Positions 1 to 13,028 of a stretch of 64,000 nt of DNA are shown one piece after another. Made by a program: the position numbers and the translations under genes. This DNA comes from Psammoneis japonica. Lineage: Eukaryota. A model generated the notes under the pieces. That model did no database searches. It worked only from the letters and a program-made list of their open reading frames with translations, and was not told the origin of the DNA. Positions within the stretch are counted from its first letter, which is position 1. Every line of letters starts with the position of its first letter. Location of the stretch: NCBI GenBank assembly GCA_008632985.1, contig QPGO01000250.1, forward strand, positions 1 to 64,000. Reading direction: 5' to 3'.

Positions 1-13
1 TCCGTCGGCACCT

Positions 14-430
14 TTGATGATGCCCTCTACTGCTCCATCTGTCAGCAATTCGTCCTCAAACCAAGAGCAAGAGTCACACCCTGGAAACTCGTCTTCCAAT
101 GTCAGCGATTCGTCCAATCCTTTTGCCCCCCACTTGCTTGTCCGAAAGAAAGTACCAGTACAAATACGCCGTCGATCATCCCTCAAGTCGGCTGAGAACA
201 TGAAGACGGCCTTTGACACGAGGAAATTGGACTCCCGTGAAGAGTTACGAAGGAAAAAAAAGGCTGAGCGCATGCGAAATATTCGTGGCATTGGCGCCAA
301 ACCAATGGATGTCGATCCGATGGAAGTCACCAGCGTCGAACCAATGGATATCGATCCGATGAAATACACCAGCGTCGATTCAATGGATATCGATCCGATG
401 GAAGACCCCATGGAGATTGAGAATTGGTAA
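14..430 (+). CDS. Hypothetical low-complexity protein with C-terminal PMD(V/I)DPM repeats; may start upstream of the window
   Basis: 138-aa ORF in normal-composition DNA; ~39-bp tandem unit (ccaatggatatcgatccgatg...) about 3 times at 301-420. Confidence 0.4.
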   Translation: MMMPSTAPSVSNSSSNQEQESHPGNSSSNVSDSSNPFAPHLLVRKKVPVQIRRRSSLKSAENMKTAFDTRKLDSREELRRKKKAERMRNIRGIGAKPMDVDPMEVTSVEPMDIDPMKYTSVDSMDIDPMEDPMEIENW

Positions 431-2568
431 AGCGTCAACATGGGGCTCGTCTTGTTCATTTAATTTCTTACTTACTGATTTGTGAAAGATGTCCAAGAAC
501 TCAAAAGCGTTGGCATCTCTGCAATCAGTTCCGAGAGTTCATGGCGTCCAAGCGGGTGAGAAGAAGTAGCGAGATAACAAGAAAAGCTCCACAACTATTA
601 GATTCCAGAAAAGAAAGTTAAACATAAACACATCATTACAAAAAAAAATGCACATACCGTTTGAAAGCTAGACATCCATTGCATCTGTTGTGAACATGGT
701 TTCTCGAATACGTGACGGGTCAACCCTTTTTGTGCGTGACGAAAGACTGAAAATCTCTACAGGTCCTCTTGACAGCCGTCTAGGACAAAACGGTCTCCGG
801 TGCGTTCCGTCAGCATCGTCGCACAAGCTGCACAAGTTCGCAGTATTTACTCGCCATCATTTGCACTTTACACCCTTAGAGCTTGCCTAACCTTAAAGAA
901 ATCAAACAGCTGGTCATCTGGCACCCAATCCATTTATGAGGGGGGGCAACTTACCGCAGCGTCTCGGCTCGAACAGCGACAATCACTTCTGGATAAACGA
1001 GTTCACGACATTCATACTATTGACACAGAGCACATGCAGAAGAGATGACAGCTTTGCATTCTTTGCCGATTCTGATTGGGCGGCTCATTGGACGCCCGGA
1101 GAGACGGAGAGTAGGAGTACCGGTCGCAAACCAACCAACTCCCACTTCTTCGACACGGCAAAATGGCTCGCTACAGCTGTAGACGTGAACAGATTTGCAG
1201 GGGGGCGCCCTATACAACACGAAGTCAAAGCACTGTGGTGGTGGTGGGGGCGACGAACAGGATGGCAATGATAGAAAGAATACACAGGGCATCTCGAAGC
1301 TAAAGATTCTATGCCAAATAAGCGCAACGGAGAAGGACATTGTGAGCGACGAGGTATATTTTGAGAGATAGCATTGCGTCGAAGATCACTTCTTGAACAA
1401 AGGGCAACTTACATTGATACACCTAAAATTTATCATGCGTGCACACGAGATAGTTTATGAAGTTGCTACGTTCATTGACGGGTGTAAAGTGTCAGAGAGA
1501 AAATATGCCGTTGCCGAGGAAACACGACAACACGTAAAGGCCAACATGCCACGATGGGCTCAGACGTTTCAGCGACTCACCGGAGGAATGAATGAGTAGG
1601 ATGCCACCTCAACAGAAGGAGTCGGTCATAAAGACTATTCACGCTCGAATCGTGTTTGCTCTGAAGCGTACCGCTCCCTCAATTTCCAGCACGGAGGCAA
1701 GAAAGAAAGCTCTACGGCATTTAGACAAGAGCTGAAAGGAAAGGTGAAGGCTGCGAAGATTTGTCTCAGGGTATACGGTACTGTACTGTGCGAAGCTATG
1801 ACAAACAAAAGACGCATAGGGACGTCATTTTTCCGGTGGATTCCGTCATAGATTCAGATTTGCAGGGGTCGCCCTTGACAACGCTTTGTATCTTAAGACT
1901 GCAACAAAATACAAATGAGACTTACCAAAGTTGAAGATTTTTCTCAGGGTATACCGTACTGTACCGGTACGAACCTAGAACAAACAATAGAGATCTCAAA
2001 TGTCGGAATACAAACATGTACCATTGTTTGTACTGTAACATGGAAACAAAAAGATACAAGAAGAAGTTTACAACTGATACTTACAGCTCAACAACTAGAG
2101 TCGCCTTCAATCGATTCCGAACCTCAAGTCCAAGTAATCCTGAATCGGAGCTAATGATACTGAAACGAGGGAAACACTGAAACCAGTGACATCAGCACGA
2201 AATTGACATGTTCAGGAGTTTTTGGCCGCGGACTCGAGGGGTATATTGTCGTCTTGACATCGTCAGAAACTGACAGACTAGCATTCAACAATGTGCTGAT
2301 ATAACCTTGACAAGTTTGATTTTCAAATATCGGGAAAGAGTGGAGACGAATCGCAAAATACGATTGCTGACTGACAAAACATTTATATCACAAACTGCCT
2401 GATGCAAAGCCGATCTACCATTCAAAGATCCCGGCCCACATACTGCGTGAGGGTAAGAATAGCCTGAGGAGTAATGGTCATTGTCCGTGTCGTCCTCCAT
2501 GTTTTCACCCTGCAAATTAGTAGACTTCTGGCGGAATCGCCCACGCATCCATCACATGGTAGACGGTG

Positions 2569-5500
2569 TCTTTTTGTTTCTTTGGACTTAGACTACGTGG
2601 ACATGGCGTGTTCGCACTGGAACTCAGCGGCCATTGTCACCGACTTTTTTGTGGTGACCGTGCAGCGTGCAGTGCGCATTTGCAAACGCGTCGGTCAACT
2701 CCGACCGACTTCTGACGACAGCATGACGACGCAAGCACGGACGCGCCGCGTTGGAGGGAGGAAAAAAATTCTAATTGGCTGCCATGCAGTCCTCAAAGCA
2801 ATCACATAATTTGTGTGATGAGCAGGGCACTGCAAACTGACACATCGTTTGCTCTCATCTTTCTCTCAGAGGAGGATTTGCAGACACCAGGAGTGCATGT
2901 GCACTTTTTGAAGGGCTTGAGTGCAACTCCAGTGGGGAAACCTTGGAGGCATGTTTCGCGAGATGACATCAGCTCTGCACAGGCTTTGGATTTTGGTGAG
3001 CTGTTGGTTGCATCGTCAGGGCGCCACTCAAAAAGTTGTTTCTCATGAGTTGTGGCATCACAGACAAGGGTGCAGTGGCTCTTGCACAGGGGCTCAAGAA
3101 AATCAAAAGCTTGAGAGCTGGCCAAATCTGGGTTCCTTGCAAGAGCTCAATTGGAGAAAAAGGACTTTCTGCAATGCTGGAAACAGGGAGAGGTTTGAGA
3201 GAGGCCTGACATTTTGGCAGCTTTCAAGTTGCAAAAGGTGGCTTGAGGAAATCTGGATGTTTGGGTGATTTGAGCTCAAACAACACGGTCTGACATCTGC
3301 TGCTGTGGCTGCAACTTGTGGACAGTCTCTTGTGATGAATCTGGCAGTTGTGCGTGCACAGATTTGTTTTTTGCTGCACAGCAGGTCCAGTTTGCTGCTG
3401 CACTGTGGACTTCAGCTGTTCATGCTGTGCAAGCCTGCGCTGCATGGTTGGTGCATCAGGCTAAAAAGCGAATCTGCAGAACGGAGTGCTGTCATTGGCA
3501 CAAAGACTTTGGCAGCTTGACACAAATGTGAAAAGCAGCAACATGCATGCCTTCTTCTTAAATTGTGTGTGCTGCACATTGTGAAAACCAACCACTTCTT
3601 TGCTCATGCCGCGCAAAGCTGCACATCAACCACCACATTCAAAAATTCAACTGTTGCTTGAGTTTGGACAAATCCATCAAAAGCACATGCGAGCTTTTGG
3701 CATCAAGAACATGTGAGGTTGTGCACTCAGCCTCCACCACAAATTCTCATGTTTCAGTCTTGTTTGTCATTTGCAAGTTGGTTGAAAGCAACTTGGCCAA
3801 CACAGGCCCTGGTCTGTCAACCATTTGGCAACACCGGCCAGCACACCAGGTCTGGAAAAATGCAAACACAAGAGAAAGCATCACAAGAGTTTGCAAAGCA
3901 ATGGCAATGACAAACAAAGCCCCCTTTTCCAAAACCAAGCTTGGCTTGCTTGTCTGCCCCAATGCACTTGACACCAATTCCCATGACAGCTCAATTGCAG
4001 GTTCCAGCCATTCATTCAGTCATTCACAATCCACTCAAGTTGGTGGCACAAATGTCCAACAGCTTTGGGGCTTTCTCATTCACAACACTGTCAATGAGTG
4101 TGGTTTCCAACACAACACCACAAAAGTGTGGGGACAGACCTGTTGTTGCAGGCACAGCAAACAAATGGCAGTGCAAGAGTGCAACAAACTTACAAAGCAG
4201 CAATGAGAGCATGCAAGACAGGTTTCAGATGACACACAATGTGCAAAAAGAATGTGCCACATGCACAACAAAACCAGCTGTCTTTTGTGCAGGGCATCAC
4301 ATGCCTTTCTGCAGCAACTCACTGCCATGGCACCCTGCCCTCCCTTTGCTTTGTTTGTTGCAGCTGCGACAAATGCATCCAGCACCCCAGTCACATGCAG
4401 ACTCTCCACATCAAACTTGGACAACACAACAGAACATGAAGAAGCCCACAGAATAAAAAGCAAAGTGTGTTTTTGCCATCAAGCTGAGCATGTGTCCATT
4501 CTGGACACTTGCTTCATGCAAGGACACCGTGTGGCAGCTTTGCACCCAGATGCACAGAATGATTCTGCAGACAAATTGATGTGCACAGCATCACTTTCAG
4601 TCTTCTCATCACAACCTGAGTGAGCATTTCTTCCTTTGAACTTGTCTTGACTTTTGCTGCACTTTGGTCAGTTGGCTTGCCACACACATCTCTGCAGTGC
4701 CAGCGTGGACACGTCAAAAGCCACTTTGGAGTTGCTTGTCCATTGACAAGGGTGGCAAACAATGCATGAATTTCAAGGCAATTGTGTGGAACAACACAGG
4801 CTCCTCTCTCTCTCCACATTGCAGTGCTGCACCTCTGTCCAAAATGTCACCATGCACATCTTGCACATCAGCACAAGGAATTGCTGTGTTGTGCAAGTCA
4901 CCACAACAAGTGTGATGCAACAATCAAACAATGCTCCAAGAAAATTCCCAATTTCACCCACGCAATGCTGCATGACAAGATGAGCAATGCATGACAAACA
5001 CAAAAAGGTGTGAGAGGTGTCAGAGCAACAGAGACAGCACAACTTTGAAACAACATAAAATGTTTCTCAAGACTGTCAACAATGCACTGATTCAGTCTAC
5101 CACAGATTTTGGATGAACCACCAGAGCACAAACTGACACAGCCTGTGGCTGAACAACAGCCATGACATGCTCAACAACGTTTTGCACCAGAGCTTGGCAC
5201 AAAAAATGATCAAGGGGCCACAAGAATTTGATTGACATGGTTGTTGGCAAGCTCGGGCATTGGGCATCACATCACCCACTTGCCCAGCTACATTTCAATG
5301 ACTGCACATGCAGACATGGACTTTGCATTCACACCACTTTGAAGACTGTTGCAAGAGGTGCACTGGAAAGGTTTGCTGCATTTTCCATTGTGCAGTTTAG
5401 CAGTTCAATGTAGATTCAAAATTTGCAATGACTGAAAGTTGCAAAATGAGATGGGTGCACATGCAGAGTGTTGCGAAGCAGCTGACTCCAAGCAAGTGCC

Positions 5501-7082
5501 TCATGCACCAAGAGTGTCAGCAAAGGAGCCATGATGCTGTTGCCTGTGACACAAGCAGTGTTCCCCAAGCCACACTTTGCAAAGCTTTGCAGTCCAACAA
5601 TGGTGTCTTTGCACAGTGTCACTCAGAACAGCATTGCGCTCCCATCTGCCTCCCCTGGATCACCTTCATCAGAATCAGCCTGTGCTCCCAGACTCTCATC
5701 ATCACTTTCAGCATCTGCGCATGATCCCCTGCTGCTTTCACCTTTGACATCACTTTCCTCATCATCTCCTTCAAAGCCATCTTTGGCGCCAGTGACCAAT
5801 GATCACCATCTCCAAGGCAGCATGTTGATCCTGAAATGTTGCCACACACAAGCAGACGCCCACACCAAGAACACTTTGCATGTTCCACCAGTGCACTCTG
5901 TGGCACAGCAGTGATCAGATGCTCTGATTGGCCCATGGAGTGTCTGTGAAATGGCAAGCTCACTTGCAGAGCTTTGCCGATTGCAGGACAAGGTCAGGGG
6001 TTCTCGATCCCTTTCTTTTCCACACACACATTCTTCTGCCCTCACTCCAATTCTGCCAGGTTTGGAGCCCCACAATGGACACAAGTCCATCTTTGGCAAC
6101 AATGTTGCTTGTGGCATGAGATGCCGGACATCACCGGCTACAAACTGCGTGGTCATCTGATTGGCAATTTGGGCAGCCTTGCCCAATTTTTTGGAATGTG
6201 AAGTGTGGCTGCATGTGCTCTACATTGGCTCAGATGATGTCACCTGCAAACTTGTGCAGGCAGCCTGCTGGGAAAGACATCCATCTGATTGCATCAAAAA
6301 TTGCCGACAGATGGTGTTTTTCTTGCTTGCTTGACTTTCTGTCTTTTGCATCTTGGACAATCACCTTCCTTTCATCTCTCTCACACCATCATTCACATCT
6401 GCATGGTCCAAACTGAAGACTGCCATTGACAGCCCCAATTGCCAGCATGCCCCTGGGACAGAAACCAGTTGGGTTGCAGTGCATGACCTTGGCCAAAGCA
6501 TTGGCTGAAGTTGGGTTGCTGCAGCTTTGCCAGTTGCAAGATTTGTCAAATCTGTTTGGACAGTGGTCACAGCTGGAGCCAACACATCGTGACAGTGCTT
6601 GCAACAACATTGGAGCTTTGCCTTGTCACCTGAACATGTGAGGAGGTTGCTGCTCAATTGACAGGTGAAGCTGCCAATCTTTGCCAAACTTTTGCCCCTC
6701 TGGTGCATGTCAAATGGGACAGCCCCACCATTCTCACACACGCTGCATGATCCATGGCCAAGACCAACTGCTGCTCGTCTCACTGTCCAAACATGAGCAA
6801 TGCCCAAGTTGAAAGACTGAAATGGAGGAAGTCGGAGAGTGGGGTGCAACAAATTAAATCAAACTCACTTTTTGAGTTTGTCCAACCTTTGCAAGTTTTG
6901 TTTCTTTTTCTTCATGCTTCAATGCCAACAAAGCCACCCCTTCCTCATGTTCATGGTGACAGACAACTTCACATCAAACATTGTGATCCAAGCATTCTCG
7001 CCACAGTTTTTGTGTTCAGAGACCTTCTTGCTCCTGGCTCAATTGAACAGGAGTGCTGATGATCCTTTTCCATGTGTCTGAC
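2569..7082. mobile_element. Dispersed ~4.5 kb repeat, copy 1 (degenerate unclassified element or segmental duplicate), TA/CG-depleted
   Basis: Colinear with 29460-33547 from ctttttgtttctttggacttagactacgtgg to gatccttttccatgtg; no protein domain recognised. Confidence 0.85.
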
Positions 7083-7916
7083 CAACACCACGTTGCACAC
7101 CTCAGACAAGGCACATGGCACCCCAACTTTCCCTTCCAGCAGCGCATCAGTTTTTTGGTTGATGGCTTGCAATCAACAAGCACCAATTCCTTCCTGTCCC
7201 TCACCTTCTCCTTTTTTTTCTGGCTGGACAGAATCTTTCCGTGAACGCACAAAGCATGGCAGCCGGCTTGTCATTGACCAAATCAGTTCCTTCACAAGAC
7301 GGTTGAAGCAAGCCATTCATGTCTGGATGACTTTAAACTGGGCATCGGAATGCAAACCAGCAAACACTGCCATCACCACAGCCACAGGACTGCAGTCCTC
7401 TAATGTCATCGCAACAAGAAGAGAAGGAGAGCACTTCAGATCACGTCTACATTTCACCTGAATCAAGTCACCATGACTCCTGATGAACAAATTTGTAGTC
7501 GGTTTTGTTGTGGTTGCAATCTTTTTTGTTTATATTACATTTTGAGCTCGTAAACGACAATGAAAACGACTCATGATTCAGTTTGCAGAAACTGGGCTGG
7601 AGACGTGGAATTGTCGGAAACAACAACAGAGCATCAGTTTACGATTGGTGATGAAGCCGTGACACGAAGTATAATAATATAAGCACAACATTATCATCCA
7701 GCTAGAGGGGTAGGTAAGGGTACCAATGCGTTATTTAATAAGTCTCGTTAGACTTCTCTGCCAAGACAAGGAGGATATACTCATGGCATAGGCACCGGTA
7801 GCTCGACAGCGAACGCAGAGCAAACATGCATGAGATCCCTATCCTGTTTGCTTTGCTGCTCCCAAACCCTAAACACACTTTCGCGAGTGCATAAGGTTTC
7901 GTGATCCGAGCATCGA

Positions 7917-9745
7917 TCAAGAAGGTGCTTCTTCTTCTCCCTCAAGAAAAAGAGTTGCCACATCATTTGGCGTTGTGCAATTGGTGCAATTGCTATACGG
8001 CTGTTCATAGTATGACGTAATGTTGTGAAGGCATGGCCCACCAGAAATGTTGGTCCCATTCAAAAAGATCTCTTTGTACCGTTTCGAACAGGCAGACAAT
8101 GGAAAAGAGCCAGTCATATTCTTGGAGTTCATCGACCAGAGCAAACAGCCAACTCGATTGAAAAGGGAGCCACCAGAAAGCATGGCAGATGGCCTACAAC
8201 ATTTAACAACGAATTCGACAGCCGCATGCGTTCAAGAAAGGCATACCGGGTATTGCGAGGAAGAGACAGAGGCGAAGACCATGGAGAAAGAGCAATCGTG
8301 TGTGCTCTTGGCAACGCCTCTTCCAAATCAAAGAGCTTGCCATGATTAGAGCTCGACGAAAGGTCGATTATCTGCAACGTAGTTCCGAGAGCTCTAAATG
8401 CATCTTCAAGATACGTGATATCCCCGCGCAAATTGTTGGACGCCAAAAGTAGAGCCGTTATGCCGTAGTTAGCTCCAGATCCGCATCGGGGAGCATTTGG
8501 TCCACTGTAGGCTGGCAAGTAACACCATACCATCCACAAGCATTGTTGCTGTGGGTGATGCTGCCAGCACCAACCCATCCTTTGCTGTGTAGCCAGGACG
8601 GACCTCCCAGTGTGTCGTAGATTTGTCGGAGAGCTGCAACTTGCGCCCAAGGTACACTGGATGGACGGATATCGAAACCTCCATTTGTTTCATTCTCGGA
8701 TACGACAACTGTTTCGACTGGTATCTCCCGCAAGCGTTGATTTCGCAGGCATGAGATGTCCGTATTCACGTTCATTGTTCTCTTATCGGTATCCGGTGGT
8801 TGCACGGCTAGGTCGCTATCCTCCTTGTTATCATCTCATTTTCTGGGCTTGGCCTGAGTGACCCGATGAGCTACTTGTCGCGTTGCTGAATGTACAAATT
8901 CAATCGTAAGAATCTCGTCAGTCTTGGTGGCAGGCGCAACCGCCAGCGTGGCATGACCAAACATGTACGAGCGCCAAAGTGTCCATTCCCGACTGTCCTC
9001 AAAGTAGTCTACGATGTGGATTCATAATTGGAAGGATTACCCGCCACCATATAGACGGGTTTGCCCGCATTGTAAATGCACGAGGCATTGTGGACAGCGC
9101 TATAGTCGGATTGGTTGAACGAGACGGGCGTGGTCAATTCCATATTGTACACATGTCCAGCAAAAACCGCATCCGCCTGATACTTGTGGAACACTTCCTC
9201 AAAGGCATTGTACGGCTTGGAATCCTTTTCTGGATCATCCAAAGAAGAGTGGGTTGCACGATGATAATGAACGACAATCCAAGGATACAATCGTCGCATC
9301 GTCGGAGAAGTGGCTTTTCTCAAATCATGAACCAGCCATTGCATCATTCTAACTTTCATTTCGGGAGGTAAGGTCGGCCAATACCCCAACAGTTCTGATG
9401 AGAGCGCAATCAAATGCATGCCACCGCCAGTAGCACCATTGCGATTGCTGTTGTTTTCGCTGCCGCCTGTTGATGGAGTACCAGTGATTTCTGCAAAAGT
9501 GTTCCTGACCTGGATAGTCGGAGAAGTTATTGTAGGCTTCTCCATTGCCCGGCGAAACCAAGAGTGGAACAATCCTTGTAGTGTCTGCCTTGCTAGTAGT
9601 ACCCATACTGGTGGTCATGTCTGACAAGTTTTGCATAAACCAAAGCGTATTTTGATGGGGAGGGGCGATGTTGGCGTCGGATGTTTCTTGTCCCCAATAT
9701 GTAAGAAACCATGTCTCCAATCCAAAGAGCACGTTGGGAGGTCTG
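7917..9745 (-). pseudogene. Frameshifted purple acid phosphatase (metallophosphoesterase) followed by an LRR N-cap/LRR region
   Basis: Motifs spread over different frames: WIGDMVSY, PLLVSPGNGE, PWIVVHYHR, FHKYQADAVFAGHVYNME; downstream ALRQIYDTLGGPSW..GW..CGWYGVTC and LLLASNNLRGDI. The 5' end runs into the TA-depleted domain. Confidence 0.7.
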
Positions 9746-12700
9746 CAAGTGACGATGTTCGAGCTTCGGGCACGTGTGTCGCGCAATGGACAGCTTGCGT
9801 ATGCCAAGGTGCGTGCGAGATCGTCTTCGACTGGGTTCGCAGTGCCGCAGAGCGTTGTAGAAGTTGGTTGGACGTCCCACGGTTGGTTGCGACTTGTGGT
9901 CGTTCGTGCGTGAAGGCAGATGCCTGTGTGTGTCCGTCCGCCGCATGCGGTGTGTCTTTGCAGAGCAGAAATAATGAGTCACTTGGGAAATGTCCAGCGA
10001 CATGGCAGTTGGACAGACACATGATGACACGACCACCTGTTGTTGCATGTTGTCAACGAGTGCATTTTGCTTGCACCTGGAACTTGGATGGTGGCTTCAT
10101 TGGTGACATTTCATGTGTCTCAGCATTTTGTTTGGCAACATCAGTGCTGCTTTTTTTTGCAACAGAGCAGTGCAAGCTTTTGCCATTTTTGCCCTGCACA
10201 CTTTTGTTTTCGCCCGTCATTCTCATTTTGGTGAGGTGTGACCTGGCCTGTGCAGACATTTTCAATCACGTGATGAGCACAGCAAGAAACAGATGGTGCT
10301 GCAGATTGTGTCATTGGCTCAGCACTGGCGAGCTGCCATTTGTTGATGGAGCAATGCGAGGAGGTGGCGCGACTTCCCGCGGAGGTCAGCCGGGATTTGG
10401 CTTTGTTTTGGGTGCACTTTGCAGTGCCCATTTGACAGACATGAGCAACACCTCAACCAGCAGCTTTGTTGATGTCAGCGGTGGGAAAAGTTGTCCTGTC
10501 ATCATGCGCAAACTGGCTTGTCCCAAAGGAAAACCATTTGGCATTGACCCGTCCCCTGAGAGGCACAAGGAAGGAAGAAATTGGGCAAAGAAAATGCAGG
10601 GACATGTCCATTGTCAGTTTCTGCTCAAATGTTGAAGATTTCGGTGAGCCGCAAAGTTGGAGAACAGCAAAAAGAGCTGCCAAAAAGGAGGGATTTGTGG
10701 TGCCACAAAGCTGCGCTGGAGAGCAAGAAGCAGAGTCAACAACAAAAAACTGAGGCCAACAAAAGTGGGAAGGTCAAGAGCTTCAAATGTCTGCTTTGAA
10801 GGCTTGTCAAGTCATTGGGTCCTGTGACAAAGTTGCGTCCATTGAAATCTTTGGTTGAGGCAGGAGAGTTGCAATTGTCTCAAAGGTTGGGAGAAAAATG
10901 GCTGTGACTGCACTGTGCTTCATGTTTGACAGACTCACGTGGTGTTTCAGATTTCATTCAACAGGTCATTTGAGCTCAACAAGCACACATTGCAGGCACA
11001 TGTGCCAGCAGAGACTGGCATGATTTGAGGGATTTAGTCACACTTTTCTTTGCAAAGGGAGGAAGCATCACAATGTTCCCTCAATTTTGTGGTGGCAAAA
11101 TTGAAGGGAGGTGAAGGAGTGATGTTGGGTGAGAACAGCGTGTCCACTCAGTTGGCTGTGTGGTGCAGAATTGCATGAAGACCAGCTTGTGACATTTTGT
11201 GAAGCTGCAAGTGTGCACATTGACAGCGCGCGGCAACTCTGCTGTGTGCAAACATTTTGAAGCTTCTTGCCGCTGGCAGCACACCCACTGTGGTTTTTGG
11301 TCATGACCATCTTTGGAGTGGGCACCCCAAAGGGGACCCCGCAGCACTCCAAAGAGCTTGCCAGGCACACAACATCCAAAGTGTTTGTTTTTGGTTCAGT
11401 GCGCAGGAGTGCAGTCAGTTTGGGACAATCACAGGCACACATTGAAAATCATTGTGAGCTGCAGCACAACAAAAAGCTGGGATGCTGACTTGTTTGCAGC
11501 AGAGGGTGCCTTTTTGTCATTTCTGGAGTGCAGCCCAGTGCTGCTCTCAAAATGTGGTTGGGGTGTGGTGGTTTGAAAAAATGTCCAGCAACCTTGGGGT
11601 TTCACCATGCCCAATTTGGACCTGTGTTGGCACGGCTTTTTGTTGACAATCCAAGACAAGTGAGGCAGAGTGGTGAAATGATCACCAACAACCAATCTCA
11701 AGCTGAGCAAATTGCCAGCTCTAATGAGGTGCAGACCTGGCACAGCACAACTTTTTTGGTCTTGTTTTTGTCACAGATTTCTGTTGCTTTTGAGTCCACA
11801 GGAGTTGGGTTTTCATGATGTTTGTTTGGAGCATTGCAAAGGAGCACATGGCTCTCTGTTTTTTAGAGTCAGTGTGGTTGTCCCAACACAGCATGGCTTG
11901 TTTGGGCATCAACCTTCATTGTTTGTTTGGATGGCTCATTTTGGGTGATGGATTGATGTTTGGTGTGCCCACAATCCTCGTCAAAGCAGCTGCGATGAGC
12001 CTCACTTTAACAAAGCTTTCTTTTCTGCCAATGATCTGGTGATGCTGCAAAGTGTGCCTTGATGCCAGAACAGAAGGCTTCAACATGTGGATCTCTTCTC
12101 TGCTGCCAGAGGATTAAAAGGGGAAGAGCTCAGTTTTTTTTTCTGCACAGAAGTTGATGAAGGCAAATTGAGTGCCACGTGTTGTTGTCCTTTTTGCCCA
12201 GTTGGCTTTTTGGGAGGGCACTTGGTGGGTGGCGTCACTTCAGCAGGCACATCTTTGCATCATGTGGTTTTGTTCCACCGCTTGGTCCTCAATTTTTTGT
12301 TTTCTGTTTTGTTGCTCATTCTGTGACCTCTTTTTCCTCTCAAATCATTTTTCCATGACCAAATTGTGAGGTTGTTGGTTTGTGCACTTTTGGATCAATG
12401 TTTGTTGCAGGAGCACAGCAGAGCCTGTTTTTTGCTTTTGGTTTGGCACAGACATCTCTGTTTCTTGGTTGAGAAGTCATGAGGACAAACAAATTTGGTG
12501 CTTTGACAGCTTTGTGAGTCAACACTTTGAATTGTCAAGTGGCCTGGATTGTAAATTTTCTCAAAACCACTCAAGAAAAATCAGCAAACAACCAAACTTC
12601 CCTTTTCACAGTGCACAAAGTCATCCATGGTGGCAGACATTGAGCTCACATGCTTGGTGTGCCAGCTCTTGTTGACCCACCAACTCAACAATGTCGTTGC

Positions 12701-12844
12701 AAGTTTTGCTGTCTGCAGGAACTTTTGTCAAGTTGTTTTCTCACCATGTGTTGCTGCCATGTCAATGGATCTGATGCTTGGAATTGAGGTTAGAAAAGTG
12801 GCAGAGAAGTGTCAACACTCATTGGCACTGTGCCAAAGTTGGGG

Positions 12845-13028
12845 TTGTCAAAGTCACAAAGTGTGTGGAGCATGGAGCCCTCAAGAAGAGAGTCAGAGCT
12901 GGAAAATGTGGTGGCCATTGTGGCTGTTTTGCTCAACAATGCTGAGATTGTCAAAGTCACAGAGTGCATGGAGCCTTTGCAAAGAGAGTCAAAGCTGGAG
13001 AATGGTGGCCATTGCAGTTGTTTTGCTC
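12845..13028. repeat. Imperfect direct repeat, ~103-bp period, 2 copies
   Basis: ttgtcaaagtcac...gagagtca.agctgga.aat..gtggccattg...tgttttgctc at ~12845 and ~12949. Confidence 0.8.

Noticed and set aside
936..1271. Copia RNase H-like motif FADSDWA...RSTG
   Set aside because: No downstream W.SK.Q...A.ST.EAE motif and no upstream RT motifs; probably coincidental
2285..2548. Ankyrin-like fragment (GRSALHQAV)
   Set aside because: Single short motif with no second repeat
2790..7440. Classical fungal RIP or simple CpG decay as the explanation of the composition
   Set aside because: RIP increases TA and CpG decay does not remove it; here TA is the most depleted dinucleotide
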